Source of the DNA: Bacteroidales bacterium
Lineage (GTDB): Bacteria > Bacteroidota > Bacteroidia > Bacteroidales > JAHJDW01
Assembly (NCBI GenBank): GCA_041671145.1
Contig: JBAZBZ010000011.1
Coordinates: 6,255-70,254 of the forward strand
Direction: 5' to 3'
DNA length: 64,000 nucleotides
Part shown: positions 20,501-28,058 of the stretch, piece after piece
How positions within the stretch are numbered: position 1 is the first letter of the stretch
How the letters are laid out: every line of letters starts with the position of its first letter
Notes under the pieces: generated by a model
Seen by the model: the letters and a program-made list of their open reading frames with translations, nothing else
What the model was told of the DNA's origin: nothing
The model's database searches: none
Made by a program: the position numbers and the translations under genes

Positions 20501-22336
20501 TGAGTCCATAAGTTTAAGTTTTAAATATGGAATGTATACAAAACTCCAGAACCAATTATTGGTATGGATTGAAGTATCGTTGAATCCTGATAGGTCCCAG
20601 GATTGATACCAATTATGAAAGCACAAAGTATCAACAGAAAATACAGAATTGAAACAATTGCCTGCTGGAGTAATTGTAAAATCAATGAAATCGGGCTTGA
20701 TTCCTGCTTTTATATAATCTGAAATTGCAAGTGTATCATTGCAACCATTAATTGTTTTTATTATTAAAGTAACTGAATATTTTCCGGTATCTGTATAAAT
20801 ATGAGTTGGGGTTGGCAGATTTGATGTTGTCCCGTCACCGAAATTCCATAAACGGAAATTTATAGCTTCAATAGAAATGCTTTTATCTGTGAACTGAACC
20901 TGTAACGGAATACAACCTTCAGTAGGAGTGGCTTCAAACTTTGCAATAGTTCTGACTATTGATATAACTTTTGTAATAGTATCAGTGCATCCGAAATTGT
21001 TTGTAACGATAAGTTTTACATTGAAGTTTTTGAACTTTACTGAGGAAGCAACAGAATATATATGAACCGGATTTTGAACTACTGAACTATCACCATCACC
21101 GAAAACCCAAAAATAACTTGAAATATTCGTGCCTGTGGAAGTATTTATAAAATTTACCTGAAACGGGGATGAACAAGAAATACTGTCAGCAGTGAAATTT
21201 GCCTTGGGTGGAATATATACTTTTGTTGTTGTATCCATACATCCATTGCCGATTGTGGATATCAGCGTTATAGTAAAAGGGGTTTTCAAATAATAATCAT
21301 GAGAAGGGTTTTGTATATTTGAGTTAAACCCATCGCTAAAACTCCAGTTCCACGATGAAGGAGACGGAGTTGATAAATCGTGAAAATTGACAATGAAAAA
21401 AGGGGCAACAGTATCGCAGTTGACGTCGTAAATGAAATCTGTTTTATAATTTTTTACAATTAAATCTTTCGGAAATGTATCTCTGCATCCTATGTTATCT
21501 GTAACAATCAAGTTGACTTTAAAAGTGTCGGCTGTATTGTAAATATGTGTCGGATTTACCGCAATAGAAATTGTACCATCGCCAAAATTCCATCGGTATG
21601 ATAGCTTGTCACCGCTTGATGAATCAATAAAAATAACATTTGCCGGAGGTGCGCAGCCAACAATGGAATCGTTAAAATGAGCTTTTGGTTTATGTACTTT
21701 TATGTAATTGTTGATAAAGAAAAAATTCTGACAACCGTTAGCATCTTTAACTATAAGATAAACGGTATAATTGCCTGCCGAGTCATAGGTATGTGTTGGG
21801 TTTTGTGAAGTTGAATAACTTCCGTCTCCGAAATTCCAGAACCAGCTTGTAATGACACTTGATTGCGGAACTGATGCATCGGTGAAATTAACCTTGAAGG
21901 GTGCACAGCCAGCAGTATCTTTTGTATTAAATTTACTTTCAGGCGATGAATATGCTCTGATATAATAAGGTTTTATTAAAGTATCACTTCCGGAAATATT
22001 AGATGCTACAAGCTTTACCGTATATGCACCCGGCGTGACATAAAATGATGTCGGATTTTGCAGAATCGAAGTGTTTCCATTACCGAAATCCCAAAACCAT
22101 GATGTGGGATTGCCTGTCGACAAATCAGTAAACTGAATGATGGCTGGTGTGCATTCAACTGTTTTGTCGGAAGAAAAAATAGCAGTTGGCTGAGCAAAAA
22201 GGAATGATGTTATAAATAGAAGAAAAAATGAAAGTATGAGTTTTATTGACTGACTGTACGAACTACTCCGGGCGTTCTTAAAAAAAATATTATGAGCTTT
22301 CATATTCATTGTTGTCAATCTGATAAAATAAAACAT
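17588..22336 (-). CDS. giant multi-PKD surface protein with T9SS type B (gliding-associated) C-terminal domain
   Basis: About 14 W.FGDG PKD signatures. C-terminal PEAFSPNGDGRNDKF...GWDGTYKG motif of the type B CTD. Start may be Met10 or Met12. Confidence 0.85.
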   Translation of the reverse strand: MFYFIRLTTMNMKAHNIFFKNARSSSYSQSIKLILSFFLLFITSFLFAQPTAIFSSDKTVECTPAIIQFTDLSTGNPTSWFWDFGNGNTSILQNPTSFYVTPGAYTVKLVASNISGSDTLIKPYYIRAYSSPESKFNTKDTAGCAPFKVNFTDASVPQSSVITSWFWNFGDGSYSTSQNPTHTYDSAGNYTVYLIVKDANGCQNFFFINNYIKVHKPKAHFNDSIVGCAPPANVIFIDSSSGDKLSYRWNFGDGTISIAVNPTHIYNTADTFKVNLIVTDNIGCRDTFPKDLIVKNYKTDFIYDVNCDTVAPFFIVNFHDLSTPSPSSWNWSFSDGFNSNIQNPSHDYYLKTPFTITLISTIGNGCMDTTTKVYIPPKANFTADSISCSSPFQVNFINTSTGTNISSYFWVFGDGDSSVVQNPVHIYSVASSVKFKNFNVKLIVTNNFGCTDTITKVISIVRTIAKFEATPTEGCIPLQVQFTDKSISIEAINFRLWNFGDGTTSNLPTPTHIYTDTGKYSVTLIIKTINGCNDTLAISDYIKAGIKPDFIDFTITPAGNCFNSVFSVDTLCFHNWYQSWDLSGFNDTSIHTNNWFWSFVYIPYLKLKLMDSSKVQNPVFNTGHIPMGLDTIFFVAGFNGCNDTIYKRIWNVKPRSGICHLRPDSSEGSTTDMAACYPPVKLGFYDCSIGADTTVDFKMTDLQTGINTILNPLDTTFINFTKAGRYGFNIITRNFTSKTGGCGDCNPDYMLVIDSVVNGFTPTADTTCQGITFYFKDTSISFYGEIKQYYWEFGDGDTLVNDKVQYSIYYDFLDYIPGINEIIFPYRVTGTDTIIYPKHNHDGNHNGRTKGTYRNPIHTYKDIGTYIVKRILKVNVYYLCCGDLKNDTLVCTYVSTDTIKIVSKAGIKGGFTVSNTTACPGAPVFFTDTTISDYTVTKWRWDFGDGSPFDTVQNPVHSYSISGNYSVTLYVKNIFGCEDTVIKKQLIHIRPLANFSIQNSNLCYGDSLFFMNSSSGYKLTYSWNFGDGTTSSVLNPKHKYNSIGTYTVSLTVTDSSGCSHKKTMSNILMKQKPTANFNGNPVSTDCPPLAVIFFDLSSSDVNQWHWDFGDGNFSNQQNAAHLFITSGNFDVKLIVSNNEGCSDSLIKNTFVKVGGPVGNLSFNPDSICNPDTVLFAANTKNTIDYFWDFGDGSVVYRSSSSNKDSIIHFYSKPGTYTPSLLLRDSLGCTYIVPKTEKIYLENIIAGFNLDDTVFCNTGNMALINTTTHIFPDSYTWNFGDGNTSIVVSPTHSFSNQGKYNISLYALSDIGCLSTITKTIKVNKAPVIILSPEDTAGCIPFSLTFSGNNSDTSVYVNSWLWNFGDGHNGTGNITTHTFINQGSYMVNLNVIYANNICTKNNIIHINAFKWPVSDFTFNPINPSLTNPAIIFRNISSYGNRWLWYFGNGDSSILKNPIYTYKTSGTYTITLITFNSSGCSDTIRKTIYVSSEDFIKVPEAFSPNGDGRNDKFRILYSGVIQSLEFRIFNRWGEMVFETNDINTGWDGTYKGKPQEEGTYSYYILAKMISSTTPKLLKGNVTLVR

Positions 22337-22349
22337 AAAATATTTTTAT

Positions 22350-22357
22350 CAAATATA
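22350..22357 (-). promoter_or_regulatory. Bacteroidota sigma-A -7 box (TATATTTG) for the giant PKD gene
   Basis: Exact TAnnTTTG on the minus strand, 13 nt upstream of the first ATG. Confidence 0.4.
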
Positions 22358-22540
22358 GTAAATTTATTGCTTTTTTTAATCTTGATTTTAAGTAATTATG
22401 ACTCTAAAGTTTATTATACGAAGAAAAGGTATTTTTGTTTGCTTTTACTAACGTGAGTTTGGAATTTTAAAAATGAGAATTAAAAAGATAATTATTTTGT
22501 TTTGGAAGATAAGTTGGTTTATTTTGAGGAGTTAGCCACA

Positions 22541-22672
22541 ACTGTGATAATTCAAAGCTGTATTACCCATTAATTTTAATTTCTCTTTTTAATAAGGCAC
22601 CATAAATATAGTAAAGTTGCCTGAGAAAAATATTTTTTTAACCGGTAGGTTTTTAGCATAGTATTACTAAAA
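22541..22672 (-). pseudogene. relic of the ECF sigma gene 5' end (promoter + leader + ATG joined to codons ~85-94)
   Basis: 22581..22672 matches 26381..26465 with about 6 mismatches. 22543..22570 matches 26098..26126 inside the sigma CDS (MVNTALNYH). The ~240 bp between these blocks is absent. Confidence 0.6.
22593..22621 (-). promoter_or_regulatory. ECF-type promoter-like motif P3 (variant -10) inside the sigma-gene relic, upstream of the giant PKD gene
   Basis: Minus strand reads GGCAAC-N15-GTGCCTTA, one T-to-C change from P1. About 256 nt upstream of the start at 22336. Confidence 0.35.
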
Positions 22673-22695
22673 TTTCAAAGTTTAGTAAAGCTAAT

Positions 22696-22723
22696 AAAAA
22701 AACCCGCAGGAATTTCCTGCAGG
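22696..22723 (-). terminator. intrinsic terminator after the PKD/T9SS type A gene
   Basis: Minus strand reads CCTGCAGGAAATTCCTGCGGG followed by TTTTTTT. 6-bp GC-rich stem plus 2 further pairs. 35 nt after the stop. Confidence 0.65.
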
Positions 22724-22757
22724 TTCTTTGCACTGACAATCGAAACAAGAAGTTTTT

Positions 22758-24017
22758 CTATTTTACAATCATTATTTTTTCTTGAATTGTATTACTTTCC
22801 AAAACAACAGAAAGAGTATAATACCCTGCCGGAAGTGTTGAAACATCAACTATGATATTTTTTGAATTAACTTTTTCATTATATACTTCCCTGCCTGTAA
22901 TATCTGTAATTTTCAGTTCTCCCTGTATTGACTGACTTAACGAAACTTCTATCCTGTTATTAGAAGGATTTGGGAAAACAGAATTCAGAGAAACTGTATT
23001 TTCTCTAATACCTGCTGCTGCATCCACAACTATAAGTTGTTGAATAAAACCTGATTCTCCTCTGTTGGCTTTGGTTGTTTCACATGTAGAACTGCTGCAT
23101 CCATTGGCATCAGTAATGGTTAAGCATATATTATAATGACCGGGAGTAGCATAAGTATGCGATGGATATTGCAGTGTGGAAGTACTTCCATCACCAAAAT
23201 CCCAAAGATAGCTGAATGGAGCAGTGCCTGTTACAGAAGGGTAGGCATACCATAATAATGAATTTGTACCACTACTATCTTGCACTAAATATATGTCTGC
23301 ATTGCAATTATTCTGTCCGTTTCCAATAACAATTGTATTGCAATACGCATCACTGCATACTACATTTTGTTGATTTGAAATTTCAGATACTGTCAGACAA
23401 ACATTAAATGTGCCGGTAGTTGAATAAATATGGCTCGGATTTTGAATATTTGATGTTGTACCATCACCAAAATCCCATACCCAATTATTTATGTTGCTGC
23501 TTGATGATGTACTGTTAAAATAATATGTGTTATTAATATTAACAGAATCCTTATAAGAAATAAATGAAGCAACACAGTTTCCGGTCGGGATGGAATCGTT
23601 TCCATTATCATTGCCAACTATCACATTACTGCAATACGTGTCACTGCATATTATATTTTGCAGATTAGAAATTTCAGATACTGTCAGACAAACATTAAAT
23701 GTGCCGGTAGTTGAATAAATATGGCTCGGATTCTGGATATTTGATGTTGTACCATCACCAAAATCCCATACCCAATTATTTATGTTGCTGCTTGATGATG
23801 TACTGTTAAAATAATATGTGTTATTAACAGAATCTTTTTGATAAATAAATGAAGCAATACAAGCGGAGTCATTTCCATTCGGGATGGAGTCATTTCCGCC
23901 TTTTAGCGTTTTCATGGAGGTTGAATTAAAATCAACCCTGTTGTTTGCGGTATAACCGCTTGCTATAATTCCTGTAAATATCAGGTTTAACAGCAACTTT
24001 AGAATAATCTTTTTCAT
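22758..24017 (-). CDS. PKD-domain protein with T9SS type A sorting domain
   Basis: Three WDFGDG PKD units, two of them near-identical. C-terminal FPNPSNNRIEV...GYYTLSV CTD. Signal peptide present. Confidence 0.8.
   Translation of the reverse strand: MKKIILKLLLNLIFTGIIASGYTANNRVDFNSTSMKTLKGGNDSIPNGNDSACIASFIYQKDSVNNTYYFNSTSSSSNINNWVWDFGDGTTSNIQNPSHIYSTTGTFNVCLTVSEISNLQNIICSDTYCSNVIVGNDNGNDSIPTGNCVASFISYKDSVNINNTYYFNSTSSSSNINNWVWDFGDGTTSNIQNPSHIYSTTGTFNVCLTVSEISNQQNVVCSDAYCNTIVIGNGQNNCNADIYLVQDSSGTNSLLWYAYPSVTGTAPFSYLWDFGDGSTSTLQYPSHTYATPGHYNICLTITDANGCSSSTCETTKANRGESGFIQQLIVVDAAAGIRENTVSLNSVFPNPSNNRIEVSLSQSIQGELKITDITGREVYNEKVNSKNIIVDVSTLPAGYYTLSVVLESNTIQEKIMIVK
23377..23827 (-). repeat. tandem in-frame duplication of a PKD module inside the type A CTD gene
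   Basis: 23377..23536 and 23668..23827 differ at 2 of 160 nt (offset 291 nt). The full unit is about 291-297 bp and spans about 23334-23900. Confidence 0.9.
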
Positions 24018-24059
24018 TTTTTTAAGTTTTTAGTGATTAATGATTTTTAATTTCATCAA

Positions 24060-24087
24060 TAAGACACTAACTTTTAAAAAGGTTGCC
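24060..24087 (-). promoter_or_regulatory. ECF-type promoter-like motif P2 upstream of the PKD/T9SS type A gene
   Basis: Minus strand reads GGCAAC-N14-GTGTCTTA. Shares the plus-strand 14-mer GTTGCCTGAGAAAA and 10-mer AATAAGACAC with P1. 42 nt upstream of the ATG at 24017. Confidence 0.45.
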
Positions 24088-24110
24088 TGAGAAAATAAAA
24101 AAAGAATTTA

Positions 24111-25775
24111 TTAGAATTTAAAATTCACACCGGCATTTAATCCTGCCGATTTTATTTTTTGATTTATCCCAAATGAATTTTTGAAGATAGAATTAAACGT
24201 ACAATTGAATGAAGGTTCCGCAACAATACTTATTTTATCATTTAACTTATAACAAAAGCCCAACCTGCATATAAAATTAAAGAAATTGCTTTGGAAAGGG
24301 AAATAATTTTTATTAAAATCAACTACTTCTTTTAAATCGGTTGAAATAATTTTGCCTTTTGAAGAAAGATAAAATGCAACTGACGCTCCCATGGTAACCC
24401 GCAATGTAAATTTGTTCTTTCCAAATTCGTATCCGATGAGCAAAGGTATTTCAAAATACCTTAATGAGTTTATTGACTTTATGTTTTCATCTTTCGATAC
24501 AGGTGAGCTAATGTGTTTCCAATTACTATCTAACATTGGTAAATTTTGATTGGTGCTATCATAGCCAATTGTATCAATTTTCAAAAAACTTTTACTTGTA
24601 TCATAACCTGTGATTTTATTTATTGAAAATTTACTTTTTGTTATATATTCAGAATAGTTAATTCCACTTTTAATAAAAAACTTTTTGATATTATATTTTG
24701 CTTCTGCTCCAAAAGAATATGATAATGCTGGTTTTTCATATTCTTTTATTTTATTTATATAATCTTTAAATTCAACAGAAGACAAAGTATTAATTGCACA
24801 AAACGGAGAACCATAAATATCAACAGAAAATTTATTTTTACGAACGTAATCTGCAGGTAATGGTGGATTATTCTGAGTGATGCTTGTTGAGTCGGATTTA
24901 ACATTAGTTAAAGTGTCTTTTTGTGATTTTTTGTTTTCTGCAGGCAAATTATTTTGAGGTTGTTGTTGATTTGAAACTTCATTTGGATTATTCGTCTTTT
25001 CATTATTTTCTTTACTTGTTATATTATTTGTGTTTGGAATATTGTTAGTAATAGTATTTGTTTTAATTATCGGTTTTTTATTACTCGTTTTCGTGGAAGC
25101 AACATTTTTTTTATTTGTACTGGAATTAGAATTTCTTGACTTGGTTTCATTATTATTTGTTTTATCAATCCCGGCAGTTGATTTAGTTTCTTTAAACATT
25201 TTCTTCTTTTCTGTATTGCCTGCAACAAATGGCTTTTCATTTGCCTTTCCTGATTGCTTTTTAATGTTTTTCTCGTTCTTTGTTGTTTTGGATTCAGTAT
25301 TTATTTCAGCAGATTCTGTTTTTGTTTTTTCTTTTCCCGCTTTTAAATTGCCTGATTTTTCGGCACTTTGCTTTCCTTCATTTCTTTCTATTTCAATATT
25401 TTCGGTATTATTACCTTTAGCATTGTTTGAAAAAGTTGCGTTTACAGCTTTTTTCTGAATTGCATCATGATTAGTTTCATTTGATGAATTTTTAATGCTG
25501 AAATTTCTTGAAATAAGAACTTTGTTATAAGCAGTATTAACATTTGATTTGGCATTATAGCTAAAATAAGTAGTTGCACAGAAAGAAAATATTATAAGAA
25601 TATCAACTATCTCAAATAAAAACAAATTTGTGCCATTTAAAAATCCTTTTGTCAAAATCTTTTTAAGGAATAAATCTTTTTTTACTCCTTTCAAAAGCCC
25701 GGAACCGGGTTCGACGCGATAGTTTTCCAAACCTCCTTTAAAAAACTTATCTATATTTTCTAAATCATTTTTCAT
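24111..25775 (-). CDS. anti-sigma-like membrane protein with low-complexity linker and C-terminal outer-membrane beta-barrel-like domain
   Basis: ATGA start/stop overlap with the ECF sigma gene. One TM segment at about residues 50-72. ~230-aa N/K/T/S-rich linker. C-terminal alternating-strand domain with RYFEIPLLIGYEFG, ending ...GVNFKF. Confidence 0.5.
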   Translation of the reverse strand: MKNDLENIDKFFKGGLENYRVEPGSGLLKGVKKDLFLKKILTKGFLNGTNLFLFEIVDILIIFSFCATTYFSYNAKSNVNTAYNKVLISRNFSIKNSSNETNHDAIQKKAVNATFSNNAKGNNTENIEIERNEGKQSAEKSGNLKAGKEKTKTESAEINTESKTTKNEKNIKKQSGKANEKPFVAGNTEKKKMFKETKSTAGIDKTNNNETKSRNSNSSTNKKNVASTKTSNKKPIIKTNTITNNIPNTNNITSKENNEKTNNPNEVSNQQQPQNNLPAENKKSQKDTLTNVKSDSTSITQNNPPLPADYVRKNKFSVDIYGSPFCAINTLSSVEFKDYINKIKEYEKPALSYSFGAEAKYNIKKFFIKSGINYSEYITKSKFSINKITGYDTSKSFLKIDTIGYDSTNQNLPMLDSNWKHISSPVSKDENIKSINSLRYFEIPLLIGYEFGKNKFTLRVTMGASVAFYLSSKGKIISTDLKEVVDFNKNYFPFQSNFFNFICRLGFCYKLNDKISIVAEPSFNCTFNSIFKNSFGINQKIKSAGLNAGVNFKF

Positions 25776-26371
25776 TTTACTATAATATTAGTTAAATGAT
25801 TTTTATTTTCAAATTTAAAGTACTCATTTACTTTTTTCTTTAAATAATTTCTTGCTTTAAATAATTGCGATTTTGATGTGCTTTCGGTTATTCCAAGCAT
25901 TTCGGCAATTTCCTTGTGTCCGTATTCTTCAAAAACATAAAGGTTAAATACGGCTCTGTAACCTTCGGGTAAACTCTGAATTATTTCGAGCAACTCTTTT
26001 TCACTTAGTATTGCTTCTTCGTAATTTTCTTCTTCCACTTCTAATTTGTCTTCAATTTCATCAATATCCTTATGGAAGAAATGCTTAAGATTATCCCTGT
26101 GATAATTCAAAGCTGTATTAACCATTATTTTCTTCATCCATCCTTCGAAAGAACCTTCAAACTTGTAATCTTTTATTTTTAAAAATATTTTCACAAAACC
26201 CTCCTGTGCAATATCTTCGGCTTCATCTTTATTTCTCGAATATCTCATGCAAATAACCAGCATAGTTGGTGCATACCTGTCGAAAAGCATGGTTTCAAAA
26301 CTACGCTTTCCAGCCATACATCCCTCAATTAAAACCTTATCGTCTAACTGTATTCTTTCTGAAATACTCAT
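25772..26371 (-). CDS. RNA polymerase ECF-type sigma-70 family factor
   Basis: Region 2 (DEAEDIAQEGFVKIF, W.KKIMVNTALNYHR) and region 4 (LPEGYRAVFNLYVFEEYGHKEIAEMLGITESTSKSQL). Confidence 0.85.
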   Translation of the reverse strand: MSISERIQLDDKVLIEGCMAGKRSFETMLFDRYAPTMLVICMRYSRNKDEAEDIAQEGFVKIFLKIKDYKFEGSFEGWMKKIMVNTALNYHRDNLKHFFHKDIDEIEDKLEVEEENYEEAILSEKELLEIIQSLPEGYRAVFNLYVFEEYGHKEIAEMLGITESTSKSQLFKARNYLKKKVNEYFKFENKNHLTNIIVK

Positions 26372-26393
26372 TAACTTATATTTCTCTTTTTAA

Positions 26394-26422
26394 TAAGACA
26401 CCATAAATATAGTAAAGTTGCC
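26394..26422 (-). promoter_or_regulatory. ECF-type promoter-like motif P1 upstream of the sigma/anti-sigma operon
   Basis: Minus strand reads GGCAAC-N15-GTGTCTTA, ending 22 nt before the sigma ATG. No TAnnTTTG box nearby. Confidence 0.5.
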
Positions 26423-26473
26423 TGAGAAAAATATTTTTTTAACTGGTAGTGTTTTAGTATGAGACAACCTCTG

Positions 26474-27922
26474 TCAAATAGGTGCTATGAAATGCAGAAA
26501 AACTGCCGATTCGCCAAGCATATTTATAGAATATTCCAAGCGGAAAACCTTATCGTAATATGTTACAAAATCAATACCTATGCCACCGCCGTATATGAAT
26601 GTATTTGAAAGAGGATTGTTTCGCTTTAATTGCTCATCTGATACATAAGCGGCGTCACCGAATAAATTCACGTATAAAGCATAATGTATAGTATTAAATT
26701 TTTCGGTTTTTATGAAATTGAATTTATGAATTCTTGTTGGTAAAAGTGCATATTTAAAGTTCGATTTATATAATGCAAAATGTTGTCCATCCATCACGTA
26801 GTATTCAAATGAACGAACAAAGTCGTTTCCATAACCTAATGATTTCTGAATGTAATATGGCTGAAATGATTTATTAGAAATCTTAGCGCTCAAACTGTTT
26901 GCAAAATATAACCTTTTACTTATAGTGAAATATTCACAGAACGAAGTATTGATATATGTTATGTAGAGATTATTATCATTTATTATGCCTATTCCGTCTT
27001 TTGTCAGACTAATATCAAAATAATAACCACTTAAAGGATATGCTTTCGAATCCCTGCAATCTCTTTTATAAAGATAACTCAGTGATAAGTATTCTCTCTG
27101 AGTTTTACCATTATTAATATATTCTTTGCTTAAAACTGATAGTGAATCTGAGATTCTGGTATTATTATAATAAATTTCAAGATTATGTGTGTTGTAAATT
27201 CCTTGCCTGTATGAATAAATTATTTCTCCTTCATAATCAATTCTTGCAAAGCGTTGGTGCTCCCTGAAATATACAAGTTTATTACTTGTAGAGGTATAAG
27301 GTATTTCGTGAAAGCGTGAATGAGCAAAAGAAACGCTAATGCCGCTTCTCTGATTTTTATTCAAATAAGGAATTTTATACGAAAATCCGTATTCTTCTTC
27401 GTAGCCCATTTTTACAAGAAATTTAAGTATTTCTTTTCTTCCCCTGAAATTTTCTCTTACGAGAAAAAGTCCGTAGTTAGTGCGACTCAAATCTTTTTCT
27501 TCGAGCCATGTATTAAAGTTTCTGTCGGCAATTTCAAACAGGGGATACGGCCATGTGTACCATCTCTCAATAACATTTATTCTAAGTGTTACTTTTTTGT
27601 TTTCTTTAATATTATAATCAATGTTTACAAAATTGAACAATGATGTATTTAAAAGGTTTTCCCTGCTCGTCTTTATGTATTTGCCGAACATTATTTTCCC
27701 GACAGTATCATTTTCTTTATACTGAAGCTCGCGCAATATTATATGCCTTCTTGTGATATTGTTGCCGGTAATGATTATACTATCTATTATATAATATTCA
27801 TCTGTAGATTTATCGGGAAAAATTTTCCCTGTAGCATTATTTAGAGCAATATCCTGCGATTTTAAAAAAAAAGTAAAAAACAAAAAAAATACAATGATAA
27901 ATATTGGAATTATTCTTTTCAA
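26474..27922 (-). CDS. Omp85/BamA-family outer membrane protein (POTRA + surface-antigen barrel)
   Basis: Signal peptide. POTRA-like IIDSIIITGNNITRRHIILREL. Beta-rich C-terminus ending in an aromatic-rich strand. Confidence 0.6.
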   Translation of the reverse strand: MKRIIPIFIIVFFLFFTFFLKSQDIALNNATGKIFPDKSTDEYYIIDSIIITGNNITRRHIILRELQYKENDTVGKIMFGKYIKTSRENLLNTSLFNFVNIDYNIKENKKVTLRINVIERWYTWPYPLFEIADRNFNTWLEEKDLSRTNYGLFLVRENFRGRKEILKFLVKMGYEEEYGFSYKIPYLNKNQRSGISVSFAHSRFHEIPYTSTSNKLVYFREHQRFARIDYEGEIIYSYRQGIYNTHNLEIYYNNTRISDSLSVLSKEYINNGKTQREYLSLSYLYKRDCRDSKAYPLSGYYFDISLTKDGIGIINDNNLYITYINTSFCEYFTISKRLYFANSLSAKISNKSFQPYYIQKSLGYGNDFVRSFEYYVMDGQHFALYKSNFKYALLPTRIHKFNFIKTEKFNTIHYALYVNLFGDAAYVSDEQLKRNNPLSNTFIYGGGIGIDFVTYYDKVFRLEYSINMLGESAVFLHFIAPI

Positions 27923-28058
27923 GCGGATTTATCCTTATTAATTCATCAACTTTTTTATTTTTAGATACGAGCTGCAAGCTTCGAGCCAAGAGAAAGAAAG
28001 AAAATAACAACAAATAAAGAATCTTTTAATTTTTTAATCTTTCAATCTTTTATTTTTT

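Noticed and set aside
25030-25458. 142-aa plus-strand ORF antisense to the anti-sigma-like gene
   Set aside because: It is a shadow ORF produced by the low-complexity N/K/T-rich coding region on the opposite strand, and its F/L/V-rich translation is typical of antisense reading. The same reasoning applies to 19763..20128, 33486..33866, 35451..35795, 45915..46313 and 58464..58946.
25707-25717. tRNA T-arm-like GGGTTCGACGC
   Set aside because: It lies inside the anti-sigma-like CDS, with no acceptor or anticodon stems around it. No tRNA-like cloverleaf was found in any spacer.
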